From Bacteroidales bacterium (lineage in GTDB: Bacteria > Bacteroidota > Bacteroidia > Bacteroidales > VadinHA17), in the NCBI GenBank assembly GCA_016936435.1, contig JAFGXX010000008.1, positions 4,052 to 68,051 of the forward strand: 64,000 nt of DNA, read 5' to 3'. Below are positions 38,248 to 48,185 of the stretch, piece after piece; position 1 is the first letter of the stretch; every line of letters begins with the position of its first letter. Under the pieces are notes generated by a model. The model was not told the DNA's origin. It searched no databases and saw only the letters and a program-made list of their open reading frames with translations. Position numbers and translations under genes: made by a program.

Positions 38248-38722
38248 AAAAACGGAAAGGCTTCTTGTGATAGAAAAGATACTGGCAGGATCTGATATCT
38301 CCTCCCAGCAGGCGCTCCTCAGGAAGCTCAGAGCGAAAGGATTCCGCTGTACCCAGGCAACATTGTCGAGAGATCTCAGGCAACTGGGGGCAGGGAGGGT
38401 TTCCGACGGTGCCGGAGGATATCGTTATTCGCTTCCAGAAAATCCCGCAACAGGGCAGGCTGAAAAAAACAGGATACAGGTTTTACCTGCCGTAATCGAT
38501 ATTGTCGATGCAAAAGGACTCCTCGTTATACGTACACTGCCGGGCAATGCAAACAATACGGCTTTCTTTATCGACAATGCATCCCGCTTTGAAATTGCAG
38601 GTACTATAGCTGGCGATGACACCATTCTTATAATACCGCGCGACGGAATTTCAAACAGGCAGGTACATAATTGTCTCGAGGTGATAATGCCCGGCCTTCA
38701 TGAACACGTAAAAAGAAAGTGA
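38243..38722 (+). CDS. argR: Arginine repressor ArgR
   Basis: Winged-helix N-terminus (…TQATLSRDLRQLG) and a C-terminal oligomerisation domain (GTIAGDDTILII). Start set at ATG 38243. Confidence 0.88.
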   Translation: MQKTERLLVIEKILAGSDISSQQALLRKLRAKGFRCTQATLSRDLRQLGAGRVSDGAGGYRYSLPENPATGQAEKNRIQVLPAVIDIVDAKGLLVIRTLPGNANNTAFFIDNASRFEIAGTIAGDDTILIIPRDGISNRQVHNCLEVIMPGLHEHVKRK

Positions 38723-38782
38723 CACATATACGTTACAGAAATCAAATACCAGATAACAACAACAAAACTAAATTTTATACAG

Positions 38783-40015
38783 ATGAAAGAAAAAGTGGTG
38801 CTGGCTTACAGCGGGGGACTCGATACTTCAGTAATTCTGAAGTGGCTGATTGACAAGGATTATGAGGTGATAGCATTTGTTGCCGACGTAGGACAGAAAG
38901 ATAATTTTGAAGAATGCAGGAAAAAAGCCCTTTTACTCGGAGCTTCAAAGGTGGTGATATCTGATCTGAAGAGGGAATTCGTTGAAGATTACGTCCTTAA
39001 AGCCATTATGGCAAATGCCATTTATGAAGACCGCTATCTTCTGGGAACAGCTCTTGCCAGGCCGCTGATTGCGAAGAAGCAGATCGAGGTTGCCAGTGAG
39101 GAAGGAGCAACAGCCGTCGCTCACGGAGCTACAGGCAAAGGTAATGATCAGGTAAGGTTTGAACTGTGTTACTATGCCCTTATGCCCGGCGTAAAGGTTA
39201 TATCCCCATGGAAAGACCGTGAGTTCCTTTCACAGTTCAAGGGAAGGACCGACCTTCTTAAATATGCTTCTGAGAAAAACATCCCGGTCAAGGCGAGCAT
39301 AGCAAAACCTTACAGCGAAGACGACAACCTCATGCATATCAGTCATGAGGCAGGAGTCCTTGAAGACCCGATGTACACTCTTACAAGGGATATGCTTGAA
39401 AAAATGGTGATGCCGCAGGATGCACCCGACAGGGAGACCAGGATTGTAATTCATTTTAAAAACGGGCGGCCCGTAAAACTCGTTAATAAGGAAGACGGAA
39501 CAGTAAAGGAAGACTCCTATGAGCTTTTTGTCTACCTGAATGAACTGGCAGGTCAGAACGGAATCGGACTTCTTGATATGGTTGAGAACAGGTTCGTGGG
39601 TATAAAATCGCGAGGTGTTTATGAGACACCTGCAGCCACGGTTTTACACATAGCACATAAGGATATTGAAGGAATAGCAATGGACAGGGAGGTGATGAGG
39701 CTCGTGAACATGCTTACACCAAAATTTGCCGAGATAATCTACAACGGCTTCTGGTTCAGCCCCGAAATGGATTTCCTGATGGCCGCTATCGAAAAAAGCC
39801 AGGAACTTATCGACGGAAGCGTACACCTCTGCCTTTATAAAGGAAATGTGATGGTGGAAGGTCGCGAATCGCCATCTTCACTTTATAACGAAAAACTTTC
39901 GAGCATGGACATTGAAGGAGGTTTTGACCAGACCGACAGCAAGGGTTTCATAAGGATAAACGCTATCAGGCTTATGGCTCACAGGGCAATAGTGGAAGAG
40001 AGTAAGGAGAGATAG
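38783..40015 (+). CDS. argG: Argininosuccinate synthase
   Basis: 410 aa with AYSGGLDTS and [14 protein letters not shown]. Confidence 0.96.
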   Translation: MKEKVVLAYSGGLDTSVILKWLIDKDYEVIAFVADVGQKDNFEECRKKALLLGASKVVISDLKREFVEDYVLKAIMANAIYEDRYLLGTALARPLIAKKQIEVASEEGATAVAHGATGKGNDQVRFELCYYALMPGVKVISPWKDREFLSQFKGRTDLLKYASEKNIPVKASIAKPYSEDDNLMHISHEAGVLEDPMYTLTRDMLEKMVMPQDAPDRETRIVIHFKNGRPVKLVNKEDGTVKEDSYELFVYLNELAGQNGIGLLDMVENRFVGIKSRGVYETPAATVLHIAHKDIEGIAMDREVMRLVNMLTPKFAEIIYNGFWFSPEMDFLMAAIEKSQELIDGSVHLCLYKGNVMVEGRESPSSLYNEKLSSMDIEGGFDQTDSKGFIRINAIRLMAHRAIVEESKER

Positions 40016-40022
40016 ATTGGTT

Positions 40023-40063
40023 GCAGGCCACCTTCGCTGAAGCTACGGTGGCTGCAAGTTGCA
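40023..40063. repeat. 41-nt GC-rich repeat, copy 1, containing a CCACC…GGTGG hairpin
   Basis: GCAGGCCACCTTCGCTGAAGCTACGGTGGCTGCAAGTTGCA. By my alignment 37/41 nt are identical to copy 2. Confidence 0.8.
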
Positions 40064-40164
40064 AGTTGCTAGTGGCGGCGAGATTTAAGTTCCCCTCCAG
40101 GAGAGCTTGTCCCGCTCCAGCGGGAGGCCAGGGGTGGGTTAGAGAGAATGCAGGTTATAAGTTT

Positions 40165-40205
40165 GCAAACCACCTTCGCTGAAGCTACGGTGGCTAAAAG
40201 TTGCA
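40165..40205. repeat. 41-nt GC-rich repeat, copy 2
   Basis: GCAAACCACCTTCGCTGAAGCTACGGTGGCTAAAAGTTGCA. A direct repeat of 40023-40063, 142 nt downstream. Confidence 0.8.
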
Positions 40206-40325
40206 GGCTTTGTACTCCGAAGCCTCGGCGATGGAGTATTGCAGATTTTACCGGATTTATGATTGCATGTTTCAACTGAACCATTATAAACAAGATACAT
40301 ATTGAATATTTAATATTACACATAA

Positions 40326-41666
40326 ATGAAACTCTGGGAAAAAGGAATAAACCCCGAACCTGCAATAATTGAGTTTACCTCAGGCAGGGACAGGAAAACA
40401 GATCTTCATCTCACCAAATGGGATATCGTCGGATCGATGGCTCATGTCATCATGCTTAACGATGTGGGCCTGGTGAATGATGAGGAACAAAATGAAATGC
40501 TGAAAGCTCTCCATTCGCTTTTTGAAGTGGATGAAAAAGGCAATCTGGTGATCGAGAACGGAATGGAGGATATCCATTCCCAGATAGAGAAGGAGATGGC
40601 TTCTATCCTTGGGACCACGGGAAAGAAGATCCATACCGGACGTTCGAGGAATGACCAGGTCCTTGTCGATATCAGGCTCTACACAAGGGAGGAGATCGAC
40701 AAACTGGCTTTGCTGACGGAAAAGCTCTTTTCAAGGCTGCAGGCTCTCAGCAACCAGTACAAGGACGTCCTGCTGCCCGGCTATACCCACATGCAGCCTG
40801 CAATGCTCTCATCATTCGGGTTATGGTTCGGCGCTTACGCCGAGTCGCTATGCGACGATATTCTTTTACTTTGTACTGCCCGGGAGCTGAATAACCGTAA
40901 CCCCCTCGGTACGGCTGCAGGTTTTGGCACCACTCTTCCCCTCAACAGGAAGCTGACATCTGAACTGCTCGAATTTGATGATCTCCTTTACAACTCAGCC
41001 TATGCAAGCCTCAGCAGGGGAAAGGTTGAAATGGCAATTGCATCGGCACTGGCCTCACTGGCACAGACACTTTCGCGTTTCTCGATGGATATATGTATGT
41101 ATATCAGTGCCGAATACAGGTTCATCGATTTCCCTGACGAATATGTAACCGGTTCCAGCATCATGCCCCAGAAAAGAAATCCCGATGTATTTGAGCTTAT
41201 CAGGGGAAGATCGAATATCATTCAGACACTTCCGAACCGTATAGCAATGCTTACATCGAATCTGCCGTCGGGTTATAACCGCGACCTTCAGCTTCTGAAG
41301 GAGATCGTCTTTGATGCCTTCGACGACCTTTCAGAATGCATCGAGATCATGTTGCTGATGCTGAGAAATATAAAAGTGCGGAGGAATATAACCGAAAATC
41401 CGCTCTACAACACTATCTTCAGTACCGAAGAGGTTAACAGGCTCGTTAAGGAAGGTATCCCTTTCAGGGATGCTTACAAGGCAGTGGCCGATCTGGTAAA
41501 GAATTCATCTTTTTCCAGAACCTCGGTGAAGGATTATGTTCATGAGGGAAGTATCGGGAACCTGTGCAACAGTGAGATCGCAGCAATATTTGAGGAGAGG
41601 ATGAAATGTTTCAGCAATAAAACGGCAGCCGAAATGGCTGAAAAGATGATGGGCTATGTAAAATAA
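40326..41666 (+). CDS. argH: Argininosuccinate lyase
   Basis: 446 aa with the fumarate-lyase signature GSSIMPQKRNPD. Confidence 0.95.
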   Translation: MKLWEKGINPEPAIIEFTSGRDRKTDLHLTKWDIVGSMAHVIMLNDVGLVNDEEQNEMLKALHSLFEVDEKGNLVIENGMEDIHSQIEKEMASILGTTGKKIHTGRSRNDQVLVDIRLYTREEIDKLALLTEKLFSRLQALSNQYKDVLLPGYTHMQPAMLSSFGLWFGAYAESLCDDILLLCTARELNNRNPLGTAAGFGTTLPLNRKLTSELLEFDDLLYNSAYASLSRGKVEMAIASALASLAQTLSRFSMDICMYISAEYRFIDFPDEYVTGSSIMPQKRNPDVFELIRGRSNIIQTLPNRIAMLTSNLPSGYNRDLQLLKEIVFDAFDDLSECIEIMLLMLRNIKVRRNITENPLYNTIFSTEEVNRLVKEGIPFRDAYKAVADLVKNSSFSRTSVKDYVHEGSIGNLCNSEIAAIFEERMKCFSNKTAAEMAEKMMGYVK

Positions 41667-41668
41667 GT

Positions 41669-42751
41669 TTATCTTTTCGACTCTCTGATATTATCGATGA
41701 AATCGTCGAACAGAAAATCGGTGTCGGTGGGTCCTCCTGAGGCTTCAGGATGGAACTGTGTCGAAAAGAAGGGCTTTGTCTTATGTTTCATCCCTTCATT
41801 GGTATTGTCGTTTATGTTTATGTAGAGCGGATACCAGTCTTTACCCAGTGTTGCATTGTCGACCGCATACCCGTGATTCTGTGAGGTTATGTAGGCTTTG
41901 TTCGTTCCAACCTCTGTCACCGGCTGGTTATGGCTTCTGTGTCCGTATTTAAGCTTATATGTATCAGCTCCCGAGGCAAGAGCCATAAGCTGATTTCCCA
42001 GGCAGATCCCGAAAACGGGGATATCTTTTTCAAATGATTTTCTGATATTTTCAATAGTAGCCTCGCACATTTTCGGATCGCCCGGTCCGTTTGAAAGGAA
42101 GAGTCCGTCGTATTCCTCCTGATGATAATCATAATCCCATGGTACGCGAATGATGGTGGTATCCCGTTTAAGCAGGTTTCTGATTATATTGTACTTAACC
42201 CCGCAGTCCACAAGCACTATCCGGTATCTGCCGCTGCCATAGGTTTTTTTTGTTCCTGTACTTACTTCTGCAACAAGGTTCTTTTTGTTAGGGTCGATAA
42301 ATTCCGTTACGGTGCCCTCAGGTTCCAGTTTGCCGGGCATGGCTCCTTTTTCCCTGATCCTTTTGGTAAGAGCCCTTGTGTCTATACCGTAAATCCCTGG
42401 AATGTTGTTCCTTTTAAGCCATTCATCGAGACTCTCGGAAGCGTTCCAGTGGCTGTATTCAAAAGAATAATCTGAGACAATAAGACCTGAGATATGTATG
42501 GAAGAAGATTCATAGAAACGGTAGAGGTCATTTTCTTCATTTCTGGCCGGAGCGCCATAATTTCCGACCAGCGGGTAAGTAAGACAGAGCAGCTGGCCCC
42601 GGTATGATGGATCGCTGAGACTTTCGGGATACCCGGTCATGGCAGTGTTGAATACCACCTCTCCGGCTGCGGCCACGGGTGCTCCGAACGATCTTCCGTG
42701 GTATTGGGTTCCGTCTTCAAGTGTTAGTTTCACTTTCATTCTGTCGGTCAT
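41669..42751 (-). CDS. carA: Carbamoyl-phosphate synthase small (glutamine amidotransferase) subunit
   Basis: 360 aa with GICLGNQ (catalytic Cys) and FHPE. Confidence 0.95.
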   Translation of the reverse strand: MTDRMKVKLTLEDGTQYHGRSFGAPVAAAGEVVFNTAMTGYPESLSDPSYRGQLLCLTYPLVGNYGAPARNEENDLYRFYESSSIHISGLIVSDYSFEYSHWNASESLDEWLKRNNIPGIYGIDTRALTKRIREKGAMPGKLEPEGTVTEFIDPNKKNLVAEVSTGTKKTYGSGRYRIVLVDCGVKYNIIRNLLKRDTTIIRVPWDYDYHQEEYDGLFLSNGPGDPKMCEATIENIRKSFEKDIPVFGICLGNQLMALASGADTYKLKYGHRSHNQPVTEVGTNKAYITSQNHGYAVDNATLGKDWYPLYININDNTNEGMKHKTKPFFSTQFHPEASGGPTDTDFLFDDFIDNIRESKR

Positions 42752-42794
42752 TTTATCTGTCCATTTAGTTGATACAATTTTTTTGCTGCTAAGT

Positions 42795-43979
42795 TTACAT
42801 CAGCCCTGCCTCCTTCACTGCCTTTTCGATCTTTTCCAGTGCTTTCGCTATAGTTGACCTCGGGGCTCCGAGGTTCATGCGCATGAATCCTTCTCCCCCC
42901 GGTCCGAATCTCGAGCCTTCACTCAGCCCGACACCCGCCTTATCCACAAAGAACCTTTCAAGTTCTTCTCCTTTCATGTTAAAAGCTCTGCAGTCGAGCC
43001 AGATAAGATAGGTGGCTTCAGGCCTGACTGGGATGATCGCGGGTATCCGTTCCCTGAGGTAACCTGTTACAAAAGATACATTCTCATTTATATACGACAT
43101 TAATTCATCAACCCATTCGGCGCCTTCATTCGAGTAGGCCGCCATGGAAGCAGTATTACCGAAGATATTGCCGTTGCCGATATGCAGGTTGTCGATCTTC
43201 CTGGCGAAATATTTTCTCAGAACCGGATTGGATATGATGACTGAAGAGGTTGATAGTCCTGCCAGATTGAAAGTCTTGCTGGGAGCAATACAGGTGACTG
43301 TAATATCTGCTATTTCATCCGACAGAGCTGCAACAGGCGTATGTCTGAATCCGGGCAGGACAAGGTCGGAATGGATTTCATCAGATAATATAAGGATTTT
43401 TCTTTCGAGACATATTTCTGCAAGGGCCCGCAGTTCTTCCGGCAGCCAGGCCCTTCCAACAGGATTATGAGGGTTGGAGATGATAATCATCCTGGTATTC
43501 TCAGGAAGGTTTTTTTTCAGGGAATCGATATCCATGGTCCATCTTCCGTCATTTTCGGCAAGCCTGTTATTGTATACAACACGTCCGTGCGCTTCAACGG
43601 CAGGGGAAAAAGGCATATACACCGGAGGCTGGACTATTACATAGTCTTCAGGACGTGTAAATACAAGGGTTGAAATATTGAGCGCCGGAACGATACCCGG
43701 ACAGAAGACTATCCCTTCCGGGTCGATTTTCCAGTTAAATCTGTTTTTCAACCACCAGGTTATTGACTCGAAATAGGCGGGAGGACGGAATGAATAGCCA
43801 AATATCCCATGTTTTGCACGTTCTCTTATTCTGCCGGTAATGAAATCAGGAGTTCTGAAGTCCATGTCGGCAACCCACAATGGAATAATATCTTTCCTTC
43901 CGAAGGTTTTCTCCCTGAGGTCGTATTTTATACAATCTGTTCCTTCCCTGGTTGTCTCTTCATCAAAATTCCATCTCAT
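42795..43979 (-). CDS. MalY/PatB-family PLP-dependent C-S lyase (cystathionine beta-lyase-like aminotransferase class I/II)
   Basis: 394 aa with PLWVADMDF, ISNPHNPVGR and SKTFNLAG (the PLP lysine context). Confidence 0.85.
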   Translation of the reverse strand: MRWNFDEETTREGTDCIKYDLREKTFGRKDIIPLWVADMDFRTPDFITGRIRERAKHGIFGYSFRPPAYFESITWWLKNRFNWKIDPEGIVFCPGIVPALNISTLVFTRPEDYVIVQPPVYMPFSPAVEAHGRVVYNNRLAENDGRWTMDIDSLKKNLPENTRMIIISNPHNPVGRAWLPEELRALAEICLERKILILSDEIHSDLVLPGFRHTPVAALSDEIADITVTCIAPSKTFNLAGLSTSSVIISNPVLRKYFARKIDNLHIGNGNIFGNTASMAAYSNEGAEWVDELMSYINENVSFVTGYLRERIPAIIPVRPEATYLIWLDCRAFNMKGEELERFFVDKAGVGLSEGSRFGPGGEGFMRMNLGAPRSTIAKALEKIEKAVKEAGLM

Positions 43980-44160
43980 CTGTGTGGCTATCTCTTCAGG
44001 GGCTCAAAGATAAAAATTAAATGTAAAGAACCTGTTGCAATGCCTTAATGAAGCTGAGGGGAGTAAATTTTATGCAATTTATTGACATCAGCCATATTTT
44101 CAATAATTTTATTACTTTTATGGGCAGTTTTGAAATGGTGTATCATTAAAAGAATTTCAT

Positions 44161-44982
44161 ATGAAAAAGACAGTTGCAATACTTATCATGCCACTGATCC
44201 TTGCAGGTTTCTCAGGTGTTACAGGCTGCAGGCAGAGTGCCGAGAAAAAAGAACAGAAGAAAGTCGAACTGGAGCAGGTTGAGTCTCTGGAGCAGAAAAT
44301 AGAGGAGAATGTTTACCCGCTTCCAACATCAGCAGAAGTTATTAAAATGCTTTCGGAACTGGAGGTGGGATATCAGTTTGGCATATCCAATCCGGTGGAG
44401 AATGCAAGCAAGTATATTACCAGCACGTCCAGGGCAATCAACATGGGCGTTTTTGGAGCCGACCTCAGCTATTGCACCATTTATAACATAAACCAGGAAG
44501 TCATAAACTATCTTAACGCCATCAGGACTCTTGCCAACGAACTCAACATGTCGAAGATATATGACGAAACTCTTTACGACAGGATAAAAGATAATTTCGA
44601 CAACAAGGACGAACTGGTAAACCTTCTTACCAATGCTTTCAATGAAACTTATTCCTATCTCAGCGAAAACGACCAGCAGTCGCTTGCCCTCCTGGTTGTC
44701 GGCGGTGCATGGGTTGAAGGTATGTACCTCACCTGCAACGTCTCTGAAGCTGCCTACCAGGTGGCAGGGATATCAAGGAATCTTCTCGAACAGAAAAAGT
44801 CTTTCGATCTTTTCATGGAAGTAACGAAAGCATACGAAGCTGATCCTGCAATAAGCGACTTCCTCAAAAAGCTTGAACCGATAAGCAATGTTTATAAGGG
44901 CCTGGAATCAAGCCTTACGATGCAGAATATAATCGATATCACCAATGCCATAAATCAGGTAAGGGCAGAGATTGTAAAGTAA
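44161..44982 (+). CDS. Hypothetical lipoprotein, predicted mostly helical
   Basis: 273 aa. Lipobox LAGFSGVTGC. No family recognised. Confidence 0.6.
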   Translation: MKKTVAILIMPLILAGFSGVTGCRQSAEKKEQKKVELEQVESLEQKIEENVYPLPTSAEVIKMLSELEVGYQFGISNPVENASKYITSTSRAINMGVFGADLSYCTIYNINQEVINYLNAIRTLANELNMSKIYDETLYDRIKDNFDNKDELVNLLTNAFNETYSYLSENDQQSLALLVVGGAWVEGMYLTCNVSEAAYQVAGISRNLLEQKKSFDLFMEVTKAYEADPAISDFLKKLEPISNVYKGLESSLTMQNIIDITNAINQVRAEIVK

Positions 44983-44999
44983 AATATTACACCATTACC

Positions 45000-45032
45000 G
45001 ACCGCAAAGCATTTTCTTTGCGGTCTTTTTTT
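45000..45032 (+). terminator. Canonical intrinsic terminator
   Basis: GACCGCAAAG-CATTTT-CTTTGCGGTC gives a perfect 10-bp stem and a 6-nt loop, followed by T7. It ends 13 nt before ATG 45046. Confidence 0.85.
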
Positions 45033-45045
45033 CTGTGAACGATTT

Positions 45046-48000
45046 ATGAGGGAATCCGTTCTTCTGGCGCTGATCCATATTTTTGCCATCGTTTCCACCG
45101 TTAACCCCGTTGGCATAACATCGCGTGGCAGGAAAATCCTGCGCAGCTACCTGAGAAGATATCTGAACAGAGAGCTGGAGGAAGAATATTATGCCCTTTT
45201 TGAGAACAACCTTGAATTCTATTCAAACGAGCTTAAAAGCGTTGACAAGAATGAACTTGCCGACGAGGATTCACTGATATCGTTCCAGATAACAAATATA
45301 TGCCGTCAGATAAAGAAAGGCCTTTTCCTCGAAGAGAGAATGCTTGTATTCCTGCAGCTTCTGGAATTTGCCTTCGAAGACAGGGATATGTCGGAGCAGG
45401 AGAAGAATATCATCGATATTGTAGCCCGTACTTTTAACATACCAAAGAAGGAATACGACAATGCCTCTGCTTTCATGATAGGCAGAGTTTACGATGAAGT
45501 TACACCGGAATGTATTCTGCTGATAGAAAGCGACAAGCCGGAACAACAGGGGGGAAGGGCATTTAATAATTACGACAAATGGCATCACCTCAAGGTCAGA
45601 GGCTTCAAAGGCCAGCTCTTTGTACTTCACATTGAAAGTACAGGCTCCCTGCTTCTTACCTACGACGGGCCTCTGGCACTCTGGTTCAAGGGCAGGGACA
45701 TAATAGCCTGTCGACCATACCTGCTCGAAAGAGGTGTTAACATAAAAGGAGTGGGTATAGACCCCATATATTATTCGCATATCTATAAGGCGTTCATTTT
45801 TGGCAGCCAAAGGGAAAAGGTCGTTTTTGAAGGTCATGATATTGAATTCCGGTTCAAAAACTCCGACAACGGTGTTCAGAAAATGAATTTCAGGGTTGAA
45901 TCGGGTAACATGATTGCCATAATGGGAGGTAGCGGAGTCGGGAAGACAACCATGCTGAACCTTCTCCACGGTAAGATCAAACCCACCTCTGGCAACCTTT
46001 ATGTAAACGGTTACGATATCCATGAAGATGCAGAGGAGATAAAAGGTCTTATAGGCTATGTCCCCCAGGATGACATGCTGATTGAGGAACTGACAGTATA
46101 TCAGAACCTGTACTATAATGCACGACTATGTTTTGGCGATTATACCGAAGAACAGCTTAACAACACGGTGCTGAAGGTACTCGCCGATCTCGACCTCTTC
46201 GATATCAGGGATCTGCAGGTGGGTGATTTGCTTAACAAAAAAGTCAGTGGAGGGCAACGTAAACGACTGAACATTGGACTTGAGCTTATGCGCGAGCCGG
46301 TGGTGCTGTTTATTGATGAACCCACCTCCGGGCTCTCTTCCTTTGACTCGGGAAAGGTGATGAACCTGCTTAAAGATCAGTCGCTTGCCGGGAAACTGGT
46401 TTTTTCCATCATTCACCAGCCTTCGTCCGATATACTCAAAATGTTTGACAGGCTCTGGCTCCTCGACAAGGGAGGATTCATGATCTATGACGGCGATCCG
46501 GTTGAAGCGCTGGTTTATTTCAAGACCGAAACCTCGCAGGCTAACGCAACAGAAAGCGAATGCCCCAACTGCGGGAATATCGATACCGATAATATTCTCC
46601 AGATAATAGAAGTAAAAGTCATCAACAACGAAGGATTACCAGGTCAGGACCGGCAGGTAAGTCCGAAAGAATGGTACGACCGTTACCGCAGGAAGATGAT
46701 GCCCCCTTTGCCGGAAAGACCATCCAAAGCCGGTATAGCACCCAGCAACTTCAGGGTACCTGGTAAATCGGCTCAGATAAAGACTTTTATCAGGAGGAAC
46801 ATTACAAGGAAGCTGGCCGACAGGCAATACATGACAATAAACCTGGCAGAGGCTCCGCTGCTGGCATTCATTCTTGCCTATATATCCAAACATCTCGATA
46901 ACGGCAAATATCTCTTTTCGACCAATATAAACTACCCGGTATTTCTGTTCATGGCCGTTATTGTTGCGCTTTTTATGGGGCTGACAGTTAGTGCGGAAGA
47001 GATATTCAGGGACAGAAAAATCCTTGAAAGGGAAAAATTCCTCAGCCTCAGTCGTCTCAGTTACCTCATCTCAAAGATAAATTTCCTTTTTGCACTTTCA
47101 GCCATTCAGACCTTGTCGTTCGTAATTGTAGCTTCGCTGATCCTTGAAGTCAGAGGCATGCTTTTCAGTCACTGGCTGATTCTGTTTTCTGTAGCATGTT
47201 TCGGTAACATCCTGGGGCTGAATATTTCTGCCGGTATGCGAAGTGCCGTAAGCATCTATATACTCATCCCCCTGCTTCTGGTTCCCCAGCTTATCCTCGG
47301 AGGCGCAATGATCAAGTTTGATGATCTCCACCAGGCATTCAGCCGGAAGATATATGTTCCGGTAATAGGTGATGTTATGGCAACCAGGTGGGCTTATGAA
47401 GCCCTTTGCGTTGAGCAGTTTAAGAGTAACAGGTTTGAGAAGCCTTTTTTTGAATATGATATGAGGCTGAGCCAGAATGAATGGAATGCTTCTTTTCTGA
47501 TCCCGATGTTAAAGGTTAAGGCTGAAGAATGTGCCGTGGCAGGGAAAGACCCCGAATACCGTGAATATTCGGAGAACAACCTGGTGAAGCTTAATTACCA
47601 CATTAAAGATCTTGCAATGAAAACCGGAATAAGTCCGGGTGAATGGTTCAAAGATCTGAATTACGACAACTACAGCGATATTGTAAGTGATGAAACCCGC
47701 GAATGGCTTGACAGTCTTAGAAATGTACTGAGGAAAGACAGCAGGGTATGGTCGGCCAGGCGTGATTCTGTATATGAAGCAAGGGCTTTAAGCATGGGAG
47801 AGGGGAAACTTCTCCGTCTGAGGGAAACAGACTATAATGACCGGCTTGCCGATTTTGTCCTTAACAGGCTGGCAACAAATAAGATATATGAGTCAGAAAA
47901 AAGGCTTGTTCAGAAAGCTGATCCTGTTTTTATGCCACCCGGTTCAAGGATCGGAAGAGCCCATTTCTATGCGCCATTCAAACTTGTTGGTAATCTCAGA

Positions 48001-48159
48001 ATAGGAACCCTTGTTTTCAATGTTGCCATGATATGGCTCATGACATTTTTCCTGTTTGTGACACTCTATTTCAACATACTGAAACGTTTTATTGTTCTTC
48101 TTGAAAGACTGAATCTTCCCCTCTGGCGTAAATTTGGCAGAGAACTTCTGTTCCGGTAA
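45046..48159 (+). CDS. ABCG-like (ABC-2 type) half-transporter: ~270-aa N-terminal module, ATPase, then a permease with a ~200-aa inserted loop
   Basis: 1037 aa. Walker A GGSGVGKTT (45925-45951), signature VSGGQRKRL, Walker B LFIDEPTSGLS. These are followed by hydrophobic helices and a long hydrophilic insert before the last TM helix. Confidence 0.8.
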   Translation: MRESVLLALIHIFAIVSTVNPVGITSRGRKILRSYLRRYLNRELEEEYYALFENNLEFYSNELKSVDKNELADEDSLISFQITNICRQIKKGLFLEERMLVFLQLLEFAFEDRDMSEQEKNIIDIVARTFNIPKKEYDNASAFMIGRVYDEVTPECILLIESDKPEQQGGRAFNNYDKWHHLKVRGFKGQLFVLHIESTGSLLLTYDGPLALWFKGRDIIACRPYLLERGVNIKGVGIDPIYYSHIYKAFIFGSQREKVVFEGHDIEFRFKNSDNGVQKMNFRVESGNMIAIMGGSGVGKTTMLNLLHGKIKPTSGNLYVNGYDIHEDAEEIKGLIGYVPQDDMLIEELTVYQNLYYNARLCFGDYTEEQLNNTVLKVLADLDLFDIRDLQVGDLLNKKVSGGQRKRLNIGLELMREPVVLFIDEPTSGLSSFDSGKVMNLLKDQSLAGKLVFSIIHQPSSDILKMFDRLWLLDKGGFMIYDGDPVEALVYFKTETSQANATESECPNCGNIDTDNILQIIEVKVINNEGLPGQDRQVSPKEWYDRYRRKMMPPLPERPSKAGIAPSNFRVPGKSAQIKTFIRRNITRKLADRQYMTINLAEAPLLAFILAYISKHLDNGKYLFSTNINYPVFLFMAVIVALFMGLTVSAEEIFRDRKILEREKFLSLSRLSYLISKINFLFALSAIQTLSFVIVASLILEVRGMLFSHWLILFSVACFGNILGLNISAGMRSAVSIYILIPLLLVPQLILGGAMIKFDDLHQAFSRKIYVPVIGDVMATRWAYEALCVEQFKSNRFEKPFFEYDMRLSQNEWNASFLIPMLKVKAEECAVAGKDPEYREYSENNLVKLNYHIKDLAMKTGISPGEWFKDLNYDNYSDIVSDETREWLDSLRNVLRKDSRVWSARRDSVYEARALSMGEGKLLRLRETDYNDRLADFVLNRLATNKIYESEKRLVQKADPVFMPPGSRIGRAHFYAPFKLVGNLRIGTLVFNVAMIWLMTFFLFVTLYFNILKRFIVLLERLNLPLWRKFGRELLFR

Positions 48160-48185
48160 ATATTTAATAATATCCTAAGAGTCTC

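Noticed and set aside
40069-40365. A 98-aa minus-strand ORF covering the argG-argH spacer.
   Set aside because: It is translated through the GC-rich palindromic repeats, has no start context or recognisable domain, and runs into the argH start. It is best explained as a by-product of the repeat sequence.
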